From a virus (Duplodnaviria > Caudoviricetes): a stretch of DNA of 59,932 nt. Numbering within the stretch: the first letter of the stretch is position 1; every line of letters starts with the position of its first letter. Below, in pieces: positions 38,561 to 49,745 of this stretch. The notes beneath the pieces were generated by a model that saw nothing but the letters and a program-made list of their open reading frames with translations, searched no databases and had not been told where the DNA came from. The DNA is taken from positions 1-59,932 of IMG/VR virus record IMGVR_UViG_3300042560_001663; one strand, 5' to 3'. The translations under genes and the position numbers were made by a program.

Positions 38561-39783
38561 CGTTTAATAGTAGAAATTGCTGGTTCTCCGTGTTGAAATA
38601 CAGTATCAACAACGTTCTGAATCTTCTTGGCAGTGCTGATACCAACCGAATTAAAAGTGGGAATCACCACAAGTCCATAAGATTTGTGATATTCTGATAG
38701 ATTGCCTGGTGTGATTGTCCCATTGCGAAGTCCTGCAGCATCTTTGTGATGTAATCTTACCACTCTTCCAATCGTTTGGCAGATACCGATTGCATCCATT
38801 GAACGCATAAAGATGACTGCTTCCAAACCTGAAACATTGATACCTTCAGACAGAATAGAATGATGAAGCAAAACAAACTTCTTAGAGTCATCCTTACTCC
38901 ATTCGTGCAGAGTATCAAAGAACTCTTCACGATTGACTTTCTTACCATCAATAATCGCACCAGTCTTAGATGTAATCACCATCCAAGAGTATCCACGTTG
39001 CTCAAGTTGAATACAGAAAGGAGTTTGTGACATCAAAGCAGTGATTTGTTTGGTTGCTTTGGCACATACAAGAACCTTAGAAACTGCTGCCTCATCAATA
39101 CTTTCCAGTAGATGATTACAGTCACGTTCAAACACATTGGTGCTGTCCAATGAAACTTGCTTGGCAATAATCTTTGGTGGAATGATATAACCTTCCCGAA
39201 CCATTCTTGGTGCAGGAACATTTGCAATGATGTTACCATAAACCTGAACATTGTTCATTCCAGGTTTCTTGGGTGTGGAAGAATACTTTGGAGTTGCAGT
39301 GTAGAAGTAACAACGTTCTGACTGTTCACTGAAGTATTCTACCGCAGGATAAAAGTTCTTCTGCACCGAATTGTGTGCTTCATCAAAGTGAATTGTATGA
39401 ACTTTGATGCCCGACTCCATCACCTTATGCAGAGAGTGATAGGTAGTGAAGATGAGTTTATGAGTTTTGGTATGAAACCACCATTTGAACAAAATATCGG
39501 AGTTTGTTGAGGATGTATGATGTGTCTCTCCCGAGTGACAATGATACACAGAAGCATTTGTGATGTGCTCCAGATACTCAGAAGAGAGTTGATTCGCAAG
39601 CAAAATTCGCGGAGCAACAACTACAACAGTCTGAGGAGTTTCTGATTCAAACTGAGAGATTGTATTTGCAATTCCTACAAGAGTCTTACCTGCACCTGTG
39701 GTTGCACAAATGATACCTTTCTTGTGTTCTTTCTGAGCATCACAGCACTCAATCTGATGTGGACGAAGTGAAACAGAAACCAT
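38557..39783 (-). CDS. Superfamily II helicase (ResIII/UvsW-like)
   Basis: LRPHQ, ATTGAGKT (I), FTTYHSL, FDEAH (II), TAT (III), LSEGINV (V), QTIGRVVR (VI). Confidence 0.9.
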   Translation of the reverse strand: MVSVSLRPHQIECCDAQKEHKKGIICATTGAGKTLVGIANTISQFESETPQTVVVVAPRILLANQLSSEYLEHITNASVYHCHSGETHHTSSTNSDILFKWWFHTKTHKLIFTTYHSLHKVMESGIKVHTIHFDEAHNSVQKNFYPAVEYFSEQSERCYFYTATPKYSSTPKKPGMNNVQVYGNIIANVPAPRMVREGYIIPPKIIAKQVSLDSTNVFERDCNHLLESIDEAAVSKVLVCAKATKQITALMSQTPFCIQLEQRGYSWMVITSKTGAIIDGKKVNREEFFDTLHEWSKDDSKKFVLLHHSILSEGINVSGLEAVIFMRSMDAIGICQTIGRVVRLHHKDAAGLRNGTITPGNLSEYHKSYGLVVIPTFNSVGISTAKKIQNVVDTVFQHGEPAISTIKR

Positions 39784-39857
39784 AAGGTAAGAATCAATGA
39801 AGTAATCATATCAAAAATCTGCTGCTGTGGCAAGTGAGTGTGCCAGTTGATAAAGTG

Positions 39858-41453
39858 TCACAGCATAATTAAGTGTGGTGCTGCTGTTAAAGATACCTCA
39901 ACATCTTCATACATTTTACCGAAACTTACCTTTTTACTTAAAAGATTTGAGGTTCCAGAACCTCCAACCTTCACAAATCCTCTCTTTGTGATTGCTCCAA
40001 AGATTGTAAAGAAGATTGCTTTTTTTAAAAATGTCCTAAAAGTTCTTCCACCAACAAAGAAGAAATAAGATAACAAAAGTGAGGTATAATGCTCATAAAC
40101 TCTGTTATTTGGAATTGCATCAACATTTGTTCTAAATCCACCTTCATTTTTAATCATTCTGATGACATTTTTTTGATACAATTCAAATCCACTTGCGTAT
40201 TGCATTTCTTCAAAAAATGGTTTCATAACTTTTTCTAATTCTTTAAATGTATGAAAACCTCTACTACTCAACAGTTGACTGCATTTTTTATATGATGAAA
40301 GTTTTTTAATTTCAGTAAAGTTGTTTCTTGCGGTTGTTCTATTTGTTCTATTCAGTTCACTTAAAATAATATCATCAAACACTCTTAGAAGTTTTATACT
40401 AAGCAATCTCATAATCTGATTATATCCAGAGTATTTTCTAAGAAATGGTTCTAATGACTTAGGTGCCATTCCAGCAACCCACGGAGTAGACGCAGATTTT
40501 GAAGCATCAATATAAAACTTTCCATTAAAACTACCAGATCCCATTGCTGGAAGAGGTTCAAGTCCAAAAATAGTATTATCAAACTCAGGATCTATTTTTT
40601 TATAGTTAAAGTCAAAAAATAGTTTCCACGTTGATGCAGATCCAGCATCTCTTACATCCCATTTATCATACTTAATATCAATTACATCTTCAATTATTTT
40701 CTCAACTTCAATTGGAGATTTTCCACCTAAAACAATTACTAATTGTGAATATGGATCAAGATTACTTTTAGGAACTTTGCCGATTTTTGAAATATCACCC
40801 GCAAGTTTTACTGAAGTTGTAGAATCTCTTCCTTTTGGCATTTTATGTGAGATTGGAATCAAATCACCTGTCTTTAGATACTTCTTAATTAAACCAGCAT
40901 AAGTTTTATCTTTAAATTTGAAATAATTGAGGAGAATAGTTTCATCTTTTTTAGGTTTTATAATAGTATCATTAAAATCTTTTTTGATTTCATTAACTTT
41001 ACTATGATTGACAATATAAAAATCAGCAGGAGTTAAATTCGTTACACTTGCTCCAGCAGATAATGCATCCGCAAATACTTTTGAAAGTCTAGTAAGGCAC
41101 TTATTTTTGATAGTGTCTACAAATACACTATCTTGTCCGTATATTCTATAATCTTTTCCCGTTTGTAGAAAACTAGAGTTAAAAAGACTCACCATTTGAT
41201 TATAAATTGCTTCTAAATGCACATCACCTTTTCCTTTCTCAAAACTATACTTAGATTTAAGAACAGAAAAATTAAAGTTTGGTTCTAAATGAGATTTATA
41301 TTCTTGAGATAATTGTGTTATCTTAAAATCTTTAAAGATGTTTATCCACTCTTCTTTGTGTTGCTCCGAATTAGTTTTATAATCAGGATTTTTTAGAAAA
41401 TATGCAAATGCCAAACACGCAAGATTTTCTTTTGGATCTGCTACTGCTGCCAT
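39858..41453 (-). CDS. 531-aa late protein with divergent PD-(D/E)xK-like motif
   Basis: KENLACL...LTPADFYIV...LIPISHK; CTAAATA at 41468-41474 upstream; AT-richer than neighbours. Confidence 0.5.
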   Translation of the reverse strand: MAAVADPKENLACLAFAYFLKNPDYKTNSEQHKEEWINIFKDFKITQLSQEYKSHLEPNFNFSVLKSKYSFEKGKGDVHLEAIYNQMVSLFNSSFLQTGKDYRIYGQDSVFVDTIKNKCLTRLSKVFADALSAGASVTNLTPADFYIVNHSKVNEIKKDFNDTIIKPKKDETILLNYFKFKDKTYAGLIKKYLKTGDLIPISHKMPKGRDSTTSVKLAGDISKIGKVPKSNLDPYSQLVIVLGGKSPIEVEKIIEDVIDIKYDKWDVRDAGSASTWKLFFDFNYKKIDPEFDNTIFGLEPLPAMGSGSFNGKFYIDASKSASTPWVAGMAPKSLEPFLRKYSGYNQIMRLLSIKLLRVFDDIILSELNRTNRTTARNNFTEIKKLSSYKKCSQLLSSRGFHTFKELEKVMKPFFEEMQYASGFELYQKNVIRMIKNEGGFRTNVDAIPNNRVYEHYTSLLLSYFFFVGGRTFRTFLKKAIFFTIFGAITKRGFVKVGGSGTSNLLSKKVSFGKMYEDVEVSLTAAPHLIML

Positions 41454-41481
41454 AACCCTTTTTCAAGTATTTAGAAGTCAC

Positions 41482-41958
41482 TTAGCATCCAAACAACAAT
41501 GCACCAATACCTGCTCCAAGTGCTTGCCAAGAATAGTTATTGCTGTAAGTATTACTCCAACTACTATTGGAGTAGTTTCGTCCATAACTTGAATTCCAAC
41601 TTCCACTGGACGTTCTACTATTTCCACCAGAAATTGCACCAGCAATACCAGCACCCAAAAGTGCTCCTGCAGTAGGATTGCAATTCCTACGACGATAATA
41701 ATTTACTGGTGGTTGAGTAACATATCCACCACCATTTCCACTATAAACTTTAGATGAATAAACCTCTCCAGTTTGGCAATTTACAGTCAGTTCAGTTGTT
41801 TGCACTCCACCCTGAATATAGTTTCCGTAATTATTATAATACCCAGGAACATAATTTTCCTGATATTGCCGACAAACTTGATAGGTATTAGTTTGTTGAG
41901 CAAATACTGGTGTGGGTGATGCAATCAAACCAGCAAGCAGAAATGCTTTGAGTTTCAT
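41482..41958 (-). CDS. Exported glycine-zipper protein (start revised to MKLKAF)
   Basis: Signal peptide MKLKAFLLAGLIASPTPVFA; GALLGAGIAGAISG and LGAGIGALLFG zippers; four Cys. Confidence 0.7.
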   Translation of the reverse strand: MKLKAFLLAGLIASPTPVFAQQTNTYQVCRQYQENYVPGYYNNYGNYIQGGVQTTELTVNCQTGEVYSSKVYSGNGGGYVTQPPVNYYRRRNCNPTAGALLGAGIAGAISGGNSRTSSGSWNSSYGRNYSNSSWSNTYSNNYSWQALGAGIGALLFGC

Positions 41959-42510
41959 TTGGAGTTTAATTCTAAAGTCATCATAAACAAAAAAGAGGAC
42001 TTGTAAAGTCCTCGTGTGCCAGTAATTCAACCGCCCTTTTCTTTCAAACTCCGTACAAGATACTCAGTAAATGCTTCCATCTTCTGTGGTGCAACTTGTG
42101 AAATGTTATAATCAATCGCATCTTTAAGTGCAGTCATTTCATTCCATTCTGTATCTGTAAGTTTTTCTGCGTGTTTGGATGAAAATGACATAGTTTTTTT
42201 GCTCCCAGAAATATCTTGAAATCCTAACACTATTTAATCAAGTTTGGAGGTTGCTTAAGATTGTCTTTAGAGTGTTGTTACAAAACTTAATCATTAAAGA
42301 ATGAACCAAAACTACCACGACTGTCTGGTTTTCTGCTCTCCAACATATCCATCAGTTCTTCAATTTTCTTGCATTGTTCTAAATCAAGTAGAAGTTTGGA
42401 AAGTTGTTGAACTACCAGTGGTTTTTCATTTGTTGCAGCACTTTTAATTGCAGCACGAAGGTGTGATTCTGCTTCTAAAAGATGATCCAGTGTTTGTTTT
42501 GATAGTGCCA

Positions 42511-43080
42511 TTAAACTTTCCTCAAAAGATAAGAACCGTCACCTCTATCAACCCACTCAACTTTATCACCTTCTTTTAGATTTGCTGCCTCAAGAAGATC
42601 CTCAGGAAACTGAACAAAATAATTATCAACGCCCTCTTCAATTATTTGTTGAACAGGAAGTTGCCACTTCACTACTTTATCTTCTTTTGATTCCCAAAAA
42701 TCATTCCAAGCACCTTGACATTCAGGTGAGGCATCATTTTTATCACAGGATAAAGATTCGTTTGCAATTTGATATTCTAAATCACTGTGTCCCCAAGGAC
42801 GCATACCATCATCTTTTCCTTCATAATACTCTCTTTCACTCAGGACTTCTTTGACATAATTATCATATGCCTCAATATGTCCTTTACCATTACCATTCAG
42901 CAGTGCAAGAAGTTCACAGCAATATTGAGTGTTATGCTTGAAATAATTATACTGCTCCTCTACAACACCTTTAATGACATCATAGATTTCTTGTGGTGTT
43001 GCTTCTGCCGATGAAATGGCATCGTGCATCCAATTTTCAAGATTTTCAAGTGAATACTTTTTGTAATCAAAGTCAGTCAT
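42511..43080 (-). CDS. Protein with C-terminal AbrB/MazE-type DNA-binding domain
   Basis: YFVQFPEDLLEAANLKEGDKVEWVDRGDGSYLLRKV matches the swapped-hairpin pattern. Confidence 0.7.
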   Translation of the reverse strand: MTDFDYKKYSLENLENWMHDAISSAEATPQEIYDVIKGVVEEQYNYFKHNTQYCCELLALLNGNGKGHIEAYDNYVKEVLSEREYYEGKDDGMRPWGHSDLEYQIANESLSCDKNDASPECQGAWNDFWESKEDKVVKWQLPVQQIIEEGVDNYFVQFPEDLLEAANLKEGDKVEWVDRGDGSYLLRKV

Positions 43081-44178
43081 AATTAAAACCAAGAACCTTT
43101 GAGTGATTTGTGAGATTGCTTCATTGCCTTATAGAGTTTTTTAATCTCTTGATAGGCATCTTCAGCAGTCATCTTACCACCGATTGCCATATTTGTCAAG
43201 TAAGAGACGTGATGTGAAAAGTTATTCAGATTGTTGATTGTAGCAATATCCAGAAAACTCATATCAGCATCTGGGTTCATTGGAGGAGTTGGATACAAAA
43301 ACTCCTCTTTCACTTGTTTTGATGTTGTCATTTATTACCAAGATTAAATTGATTTATAGTGTAGGGTTCTGCTGCTAAAATATCAATACGAGCATCAACT
43401 GCATCAATATGATTTGAGAGTTCATATAAGCAGTTGCTTGTTTCTATATTTTCTTCTTCCAGATTTTTAATTCGTTCTTCTAGTTTTTCAATTAGGTCAA
43501 GAAGATTTTGATTATTTTCCATAATTTTTATAATAATTGTTATATGCCATAAATCTTGAAACTGATGGGATTACATTGAGACTTTCACAACATCTCAAGT
43601 AAGATATAAACTCATACCAAGGTGCTGTGGGGTCAGTATCACTCATACTTTCTCAAAACAAACACTATTGAACTTACCATAAACACCACGAAGATGCAGT
43701 TTTGTGTGCCAAGTGTGAATTTCTACTCTTTCCACATAGTAGGTGTCTCCTTCAAAGAGAACACCAACTGGATTGTCATTATTGCCCCATCTTACCTGTT
43801 CTTCAATGCTTCCAGTATATCTTACTTTGTCCCCTGATTTGAAGTTTTCCATAGGATTTACGGATTACCTTTTCTATTTAACTTTTGCATTTCTAGCAAA
43901 GTTTCTAATGGAATCCAAGCAGGATTTTCCTTGTTAAATTGAACTTGCACTTCAGTTATTTTTTGTTTTAGACTTTGACTCCACACTTCTCTTGTTTGTT
44001 TTACGTTGCTGAATGGGTTCTCCATCACGATAAAAGATTTTGATTTTCTTCTTATCTAGTTTATATCTGGTGAGGTGTTTTTGCAAGTCATAATCATCAC
44101 GAAACCAACACACTCTGTTCTCTTCAGTGACTTCTAACCGAACGGGCATTGAAGGATAGGGAAACAGTTGAGGTTCAA

Positions 44179-44640
44179 TCATTCCTGGGATCTCCATTCT
44201 TTTCTCATTCTAACATATTCAGAATCATTGGCAACCCTGTCCCGTATGTTCTTAAATACCATCGCAGCCATTGCTTTAACCGATGTAAGTGCGTCTTTTT
44301 CTTGAGGTAATACGGAACCAGACGAATCGTATTTTTGTCCACTCTTATGATTCGCATACCTTCTGGACCTAGTGAATCCCATTTCAAGGAACTTCCGTGC
44401 CATATCCATTCCAATGAAATCTTTCTGTCGTTTGTAATCACAATACATTTCGTATATCTTATGAGAAGATTTACGAGCAGTATCCACATCTTTGAACCTC
44501 CAGTGGCGGCAAATGTCGTCAGTGTAAGGTCTAACGAGGAGCACACCTTGCTCCCCACGACCGATACGATAAAGTTTTTTCGTATTTAGATTGGTGAAAT
44601 CAAGGGTTTTGTAATCAAGAGAGTAGTCAAACTCCTTCAT
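44179..44640 (-). CDS. DUF4385-family protein
   Basis: YRIGRGEQGVLLV.PY...HWRFK...DMARKFLEMGFTRSRRYANH. Confidence 0.75.
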   Translation of the reverse strand: MKEFDYSLDYKTLDFTNLNTKKLYRIGRGEQGVLLVRPYTDDICRHWRFKDVDTARKSSHKIYEMYCDYKRQKDFIGMDMARKFLEMGFTRSRRYANHKSGQKYDSSGSVLPQEKDALTSVKAMAAMVFKNIRDRVANDSEYVRMRKEWRSQE

Positions 44641-45031
44641 CGTTGTCCAGTGATGTCCTCATACCCCATTAGTTTACCATAAGAAAAATGAAGACGCAAG
44701 GTGGGCCAATCTTCCCACTGTCCTTCCCAAGTTGCTGGATAAACCTGAATATATTTCGTCAAATACCAGGGACGAACTTTACCGTGATTGCCATTAGGAA
44801 TCCACCGAAAATTGAGGAGGGTTCTTTTGTCATCATATCCCTCATCACCTTCTTTGAGTTGTACAAAATCAGCAGTATGTGAGTAATCAATGGTATACAA
44901 ATGTCCATCAGGTGATAACCAATAATGTGACATTGTTCCACCAATACCATCTTCAATGTCTTTTGTTTGAAGTTCAGTATCAGTGAAGTGTTCTCCAAGA
45001 TTATATGAAGAACGAACATAGTCAAACATAC
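44637..45031 (-). CDS. Hypothetical phage protein (MFDYVRS...LQTKDI)
   Basis: Motif typical of phage hypotheticals; ATGA coupling downstream. Confidence 0.65.
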
Positions 45032-45037
45032 CCACGA

Positions 45038-45313
45038 TTACTTTCCTCCGTGTTTTGCTATTGTTGCCTTCCAAAAATCAGTAGTCATTTGATTTGACCC
45101 TTCTATTTTAGCAACAACCACACCATCAATCAAGGCAATCAACGTAGGAGTTGCAACAACACCACAATCCATTGCAAACTGAGTCCATTGATTATGAACC
45201 TTTGCATTGGTAAGAGTCACAACTTTTTCCCAACCTTCTACCTTTTTAAGTTGAGTTTCTGCATAAAGACAAGGACGGCAACCTTGTTGAATAAACAAAT
45301 GGATTTCAGTCAT
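45038..45313 (-). CDS. Thioredoxin/glutaredoxin-like protein (start revised to MTEIH)
   Basis: GCRPC CxxC and GVVATPTLI cis-Pro motif. Confidence 0.75.
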   Translation of the reverse strand: MTEIHLFIQQGCRPCLYAETQLKKVEGWEKVVTLTNAKVHNQWTQFAMDCGVVATPTLIALIDGVVVAKIEGSNQMTTDFWKATIAKHGGK

Positions 45314-45903
45314 CAGTCCCACCACCAGCAGAGATTTGTAAGTGTATTTAAGAATTGTTCGTGATAAACAGTGCGACTTGGATTTGGTTTCCCGTCTTTC
45401 ATATCTTGAAGATACTGAATAATACCACGAACCACTGGAGTGTCTTGAAAGTATTCGTGCATTCTGTAACAATCAAACTTCTCATTGTATTCAATGAAGT
45501 CGTGTAATGGGTTCATATTACGACGATATCCCCAGATGAATACATCTTCATCTTTGATACCTTCCTTGTTGATGATTTCTAATGGATAAAACTTTTGTCC
45601 ATCTTTGTCTTCAACTGCATCTTCTTCTCTTTCTTCTGTATCAAACTTAAAGTGAAGTCCATCATAATACTTATCGTGTAACTCTTCATCAGGTGCGACA
45701 CGAACTTTCTCATTCTTTGCCAGAATATATTCCATACGACCCTTTGCATCTTCGTCAGTCAAACGAAACACGATGTTGCCGATGTAGTAATCCACAGGGC
45801 CACCATACATATTCTCTGACCTTCTTTTACGAAATGAAAGATGTAGTATCTCAAATCCAGGGTCTTCGTTTTCAGTTTCAACAAGTCCTTGTGTAATACT
45901 CAT
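45313..45903 (-). CDS. Hypothetical protein (196 aa)
   Basis: ORF track; coupled start/stop on both sides. Confidence 0.7.
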   Translation of the reverse strand: MSITQGLVETENEDPGFEILHLSFRKRRSENMYGGPVDYYIGNIVFRLTDEDAKGRMEYILAKNEKVRVAPDEELHDKYYDGLHFKFDTEEREEDAVEDKDGQKFYPLEIINKEGIKDEDVFIWGYRRNMNPLHDFIEYNEKFDCYRMHEYFQDTPVVRGIIQYLQDMKDGKPNPSRTVYHEQFLNTLTNLCWWWD

Positions 45904-46259
45904 TTGAACCCCTTTGCCTCTTGTTTTCTATCTAGGACTTCAATGTGACTTAGAAAGTTTCCATTACGGTTCCACCATAAAGATTTTGCATCTTCATAGT
46001 TGTCAAATACTTGATAAGTGCCGTCATTATAAACTACCTTATAATCGTGAAGAAGATAAGGTTCATCTGATGTTTGCTTAAAGATTTTCATTTGTTGATT
46101 GTTGTAAGAAGAACCCATAACCAAACCTCTAATACTATAAGAACAATGATTTCAACAAAAACTGGTGGAAGTGTCATTTGGGGTTCTTTTATATGAGGGT
46201 ATTATACGACAAAAAGCACCTAATTTCAAGGGCCCCCTGTTCCAGTTTGTCAAGGGTCC

Positions 46260-46955
46260 TTATGTTACTCTAACTCTACCCATCTCCCAACCATCACCGG
46301 GACATTCTACACTTCTTTTATTAATTTGCCCATCATTCCACCATTTTGTTCCTCTTACTTTTTGAGATAATATTTTAATTGCTTCTTTTTGTTTTTCACT
46401 TTGAGGTTTTCCTTTTTTTGACTGACTTATTTTTATTTTAGTTTCTTCACTAACAATTTTATTCAAGTTCCATTTTCTTATTTTTTCTTTATGCTCTTCT
46501 GAAAGTTTTCTTCCAATATTCCACTTATTTCCTATTTTTGATTTTTTTAGTTTTTCTATAGTTTGTTTGGAATGTTTTTTAACTCTATGTTTTTCAAGTA
46601 TTTGTTTATGTTTTTCAGAAAGAGTTTTACCTTTATGAATTTTACTCATCTTTTGTTTAGTTTCATCAGTCATTCTCAATCCAGTAGAACCTTCACCACC
46701 ATCAGTTTTATTGCGAAGAATACCAGTTCCCAAATCAATTCTTCCAAGCACATCAATCATATAGATTTCGTGCTTGAATGCGTCTTCTTCCGTTAGATTT
46801 TGTTTAAGAAAAATTATCCTTGATTTATCAGTTGGTTTTCCAACTTCACCCTTAACTTTCTTATATGCTCTATTTTCTTTACCTTTGCCTATGTAATAGG
46901 GAGTTCCATCCTCACGCAAATACGCATAAGTATAAAATCTATATGGATTTACCAT
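46260..46955 (-). mobile_element. Free-standing GIY-YIG-type homing endonuclease with NUMOD3 repeats
   Basis: FYTYAYLREDGTPYYIGKG...R...E...LRN.TDGGEG; repeated (M/L/H)SEETKxKIS...KG motifs; C-terminal KWWNDG...PGDGW.MGR. Confidence 0.8.
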
Positions 46956-46964
46956 AGTTCTACT

Positions 46965-47044
46965 CTTAAACTAACCGCATTAGTATTTATATTACAAAGG
47001 AGGAGATTTCTCTCCTCCCACCTTACAGATTGCGGTCAGTTAAG
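46965..47044 (-). promoter_or_regulatory. Leader switch: outer stem + GAAA hairpin + TATAAATA late promoter
   Basis: Arms 47031-47044 / 46965-46979; inner hairpin 46999-47018; TATAAATA 46984-46991. Confidence 0.75.
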
Positions 47045-48842
47045 GCATTAGTATTTAGATGAACAATCCAAGAAATAAACATATCGTGCAGAATTATCAG
47101 GAGCATATCGTATTACATTACAACGATTATCATACTTATCAACCACTTCAAATGATGGTTCCAATGGTTTACCACCCGAACCAAAGTAAGAAAGTGCAAT
47201 TAAAATAACAATGAAGACGACAGAGGCACCAACAAATACACCAACACCACGGAGCAACTCTTTGAGAGCATACTTATCTTCGGGAGTCATTTTCATCATT
47301 CTTTTACCTCAACTGTGGGAACATCAATCCATTTACCATTTTCAAGGGATTGAAGTTTATATAACATACGAGTATAAGTAATCTCCTTGTCTCTAAAAGG
47401 TGGAATCACTCTCAACCAGTGTAGAAACTTCGGCATATCTTCGCAAGTTTCAACTCCTTTGATTTTTGTTTCAGTTTTTAGGTATCGTAGTTTCATAATC
47501 AATCATCCCACGGAGCTTTGCGTTGAAGTAGTTTAGCAAGATTTTCGTTGTATTGTGGTGGTTCATTCAATCGTTCTACAAGAGCATCAAAGTCCTTTGC
47601 AGGTAACACAATGCGTTCTGGTTTTGCACCTTTACCCCAGAACTTCTCAAACTCCCATTGATAGTTCATATCCAACCATCCACCATTTAGAGAATGCCAA
47701 AACTCTCCCCAGATGTGATAATCATCAAAACGAAATCCTTCGTGAGACATCAAACGATACCACCACCAAAATGGTGTATAACTAAGAAACCTATTGCCTA
47801 TAATAAGTTTATGGAAGTTCATTTCTTTGTCCAAGAATAAACATACATTTGCATCCAACCATCATTTAGTTCTGCCCACATTGCGTGAGGAAGTTTATAA
47901 GAATACTTTTTATCTCTCATCCAATAGGTGTATGCTTCCCAGGCATTTCCTACACCCTGCCAACCCCAAATAAAGTTTCTCCATTTGTCATTATCATACA
48001 CCCATTCATTATCAGTATCAAAAATATTAAATTTAAAATGAGGTTTGAAATCGTATTCAAAAAAATGTTTGTTATACTGTTTGCGAGTGTAGTTTTTGTA
48101 TCTTTGACGGAGATTGATAAGAGTGTTAATCATACAGTCTCATCCCATTCCTCATATCTGGTATTGATTTTACCAGCATTATTGAAAATATTCAAGTGTC
48201 CTATGCGACCATCCTCAAAATAGAATGCCATCCAAACGTGCTCACCTTCATCCATCACCTCATAATGATAGGATTTGATGTTGTCAAGTAGAAACTCGTC
48301 TGGGTTGAATAGTGTTTTATCGTCCATTATTTTGCCTCCCAATACTTACCATCAGGGCCACAAAGAAACTCATACTCCCTCTCATAAGCACAACGATAAC
48401 CATTAGTCATTTGGGACACAAGGTTCAAATCATTAGGACGAAAACACAAATCCCAGTTATCATTTTTTCTAAGAATGTTTTCTACCCAATTCATACGATA
48501 ATACTTACAATCTTTACAGAGTTTAGTCATTTTTCAATTTCTTTTTAAGTTGATATTCACTCAATTTTTCACCATCATAATTGAAAAATGGTTTCTGTTC
48601 CGTGCAAATTTGAGATTTGAAATAAGTCTTTCCAGACCTTTGTGGAAACTCACCTTTAACAAATTCTTGGACATAGTTAATTTCCCCCACACAATTAGAT
48701 TGAAGATCACAACCCTCAAAGTATTTTGGGTTTTCATTCATAAACTTCAAAGTTGCATCTACCAACCTTGTATCTGGTTTAACTGGTTCTGTTGAAACTA
48801 ATTGAAATCCAAATCGGTTAAGTATTTTGTTAAGTAAGTTAA

Positions 48843-49043
48843 TCATTTTTCAAGTTCCTCCGCAAGTTCATAAAGCATTCTAGCATCAACTACCATATCT
48901 TCACCATCACCAAAGTGATAGTATTGAAACTCATTCACAATCTCACGAACAGCAGTCGCAAGTGCTTCTCTCATATCATCTGTGGGTTCTACAATCAGTT
49001 CCCCACAAAATGCTTTCCAGATTGTTTGTGCTTTATTGTTCAT
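48843..49043 (-). CDS. Small helical protein, dispersed paralog family
   Basis: A..I......LA.A.RE.VN......L...A.ELE pattern shared with 49578, 54378, 54738, 57568. Confidence 0.7.
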   Translation of the reverse strand: MNNKAQTIWKAFCGELIVEPTDDMREALATAVREIVNEFQYYHFGDGEDMVVDARMLYELAEELEK

Positions 49044-49577
49044 CTTTTAAAAATAGTGCGTCAAGTCGTTCCCTATACAATCTTTCAAAATGTAATGTTA
49101 GTAAGTATTCATCATAAGTAATAGTCATATGATATTTACCTTTCAAAGTAAGAATAGTTTCCATATCTTTAACCTCAGTATGAGGCAAATTTAAAAACTC
49201 TTGATAGGTTATTAGTTTATCTTTATTTTCCTGAGGAAAATCAGGTTCTTGTGGAAAACCAAAATTAGTCATCTTTTCTTCTCAATCAATCTCTTCAATT
49301 TGAATAATGTCTCCAAGACGTTCCTCTCCTTTAACTAATTCCCCCTGTTTAGTGAAATAAAATTCAAGAAACTCATACGCATATGTATCTCCAAAATGAG
49401 TAATAAACTTAATATAACCTTCGTGTGGATTTCTCTTATTCTGTCTAAAATTCACACTAACTTTCTTATCAACAAACTTTGAGAGGTCAATTTGAGAAGT
49501 CATCAGGTGTCTGTGTGTATGAGAGTATTATAAGGCAAAAAGGGGTCTTGTGGAGACCCCCTGTGCCAGTTTAAGTG

Positions 49578-49745
49578 TCATTCTGCCTCCAGTTCGTCAG
49601 CAATATCAAGAATGTTTTTTTCGGTAATACCAATATATTTCAATTGATTTACCACTTCACGAAGAGTGGCAGCAAGAGTTTCATTACCACGAAACTTTGG
49701 TTTCCAGTAAGTATCAAGGATTGCTTGTATCTGGTGTTCAGTCAT
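49578..49745 (-). CDS. Small helical protein, dispersed paralog family (55 aa)
   Basis: Not in track. MTEHQIQAILDTYWKPKFRGNETLAATLREVVNQLKYIGITEKNILDIADELEAE; sits alone between two repeat elements. Confidence 0.75.
   Translation of the reverse strand: MTEHQIQAILDTYWKPKFRGNETLAATLREVVNQLKYIGITEKNILDIADELEAE

Noticed and set aside
38557-39783. Helicase as Res subunit of a type III R-M system
   Set aside because: Only 408 aa, no C-terminal nuclease domain and no adjacent Mod gene.
46260-46955. Endonuclease as part of a group I intron (also 51020..51721)
   Set aside because: Flanking genes are complete and flanks are too short for a ribozyme core; they look free-standing.
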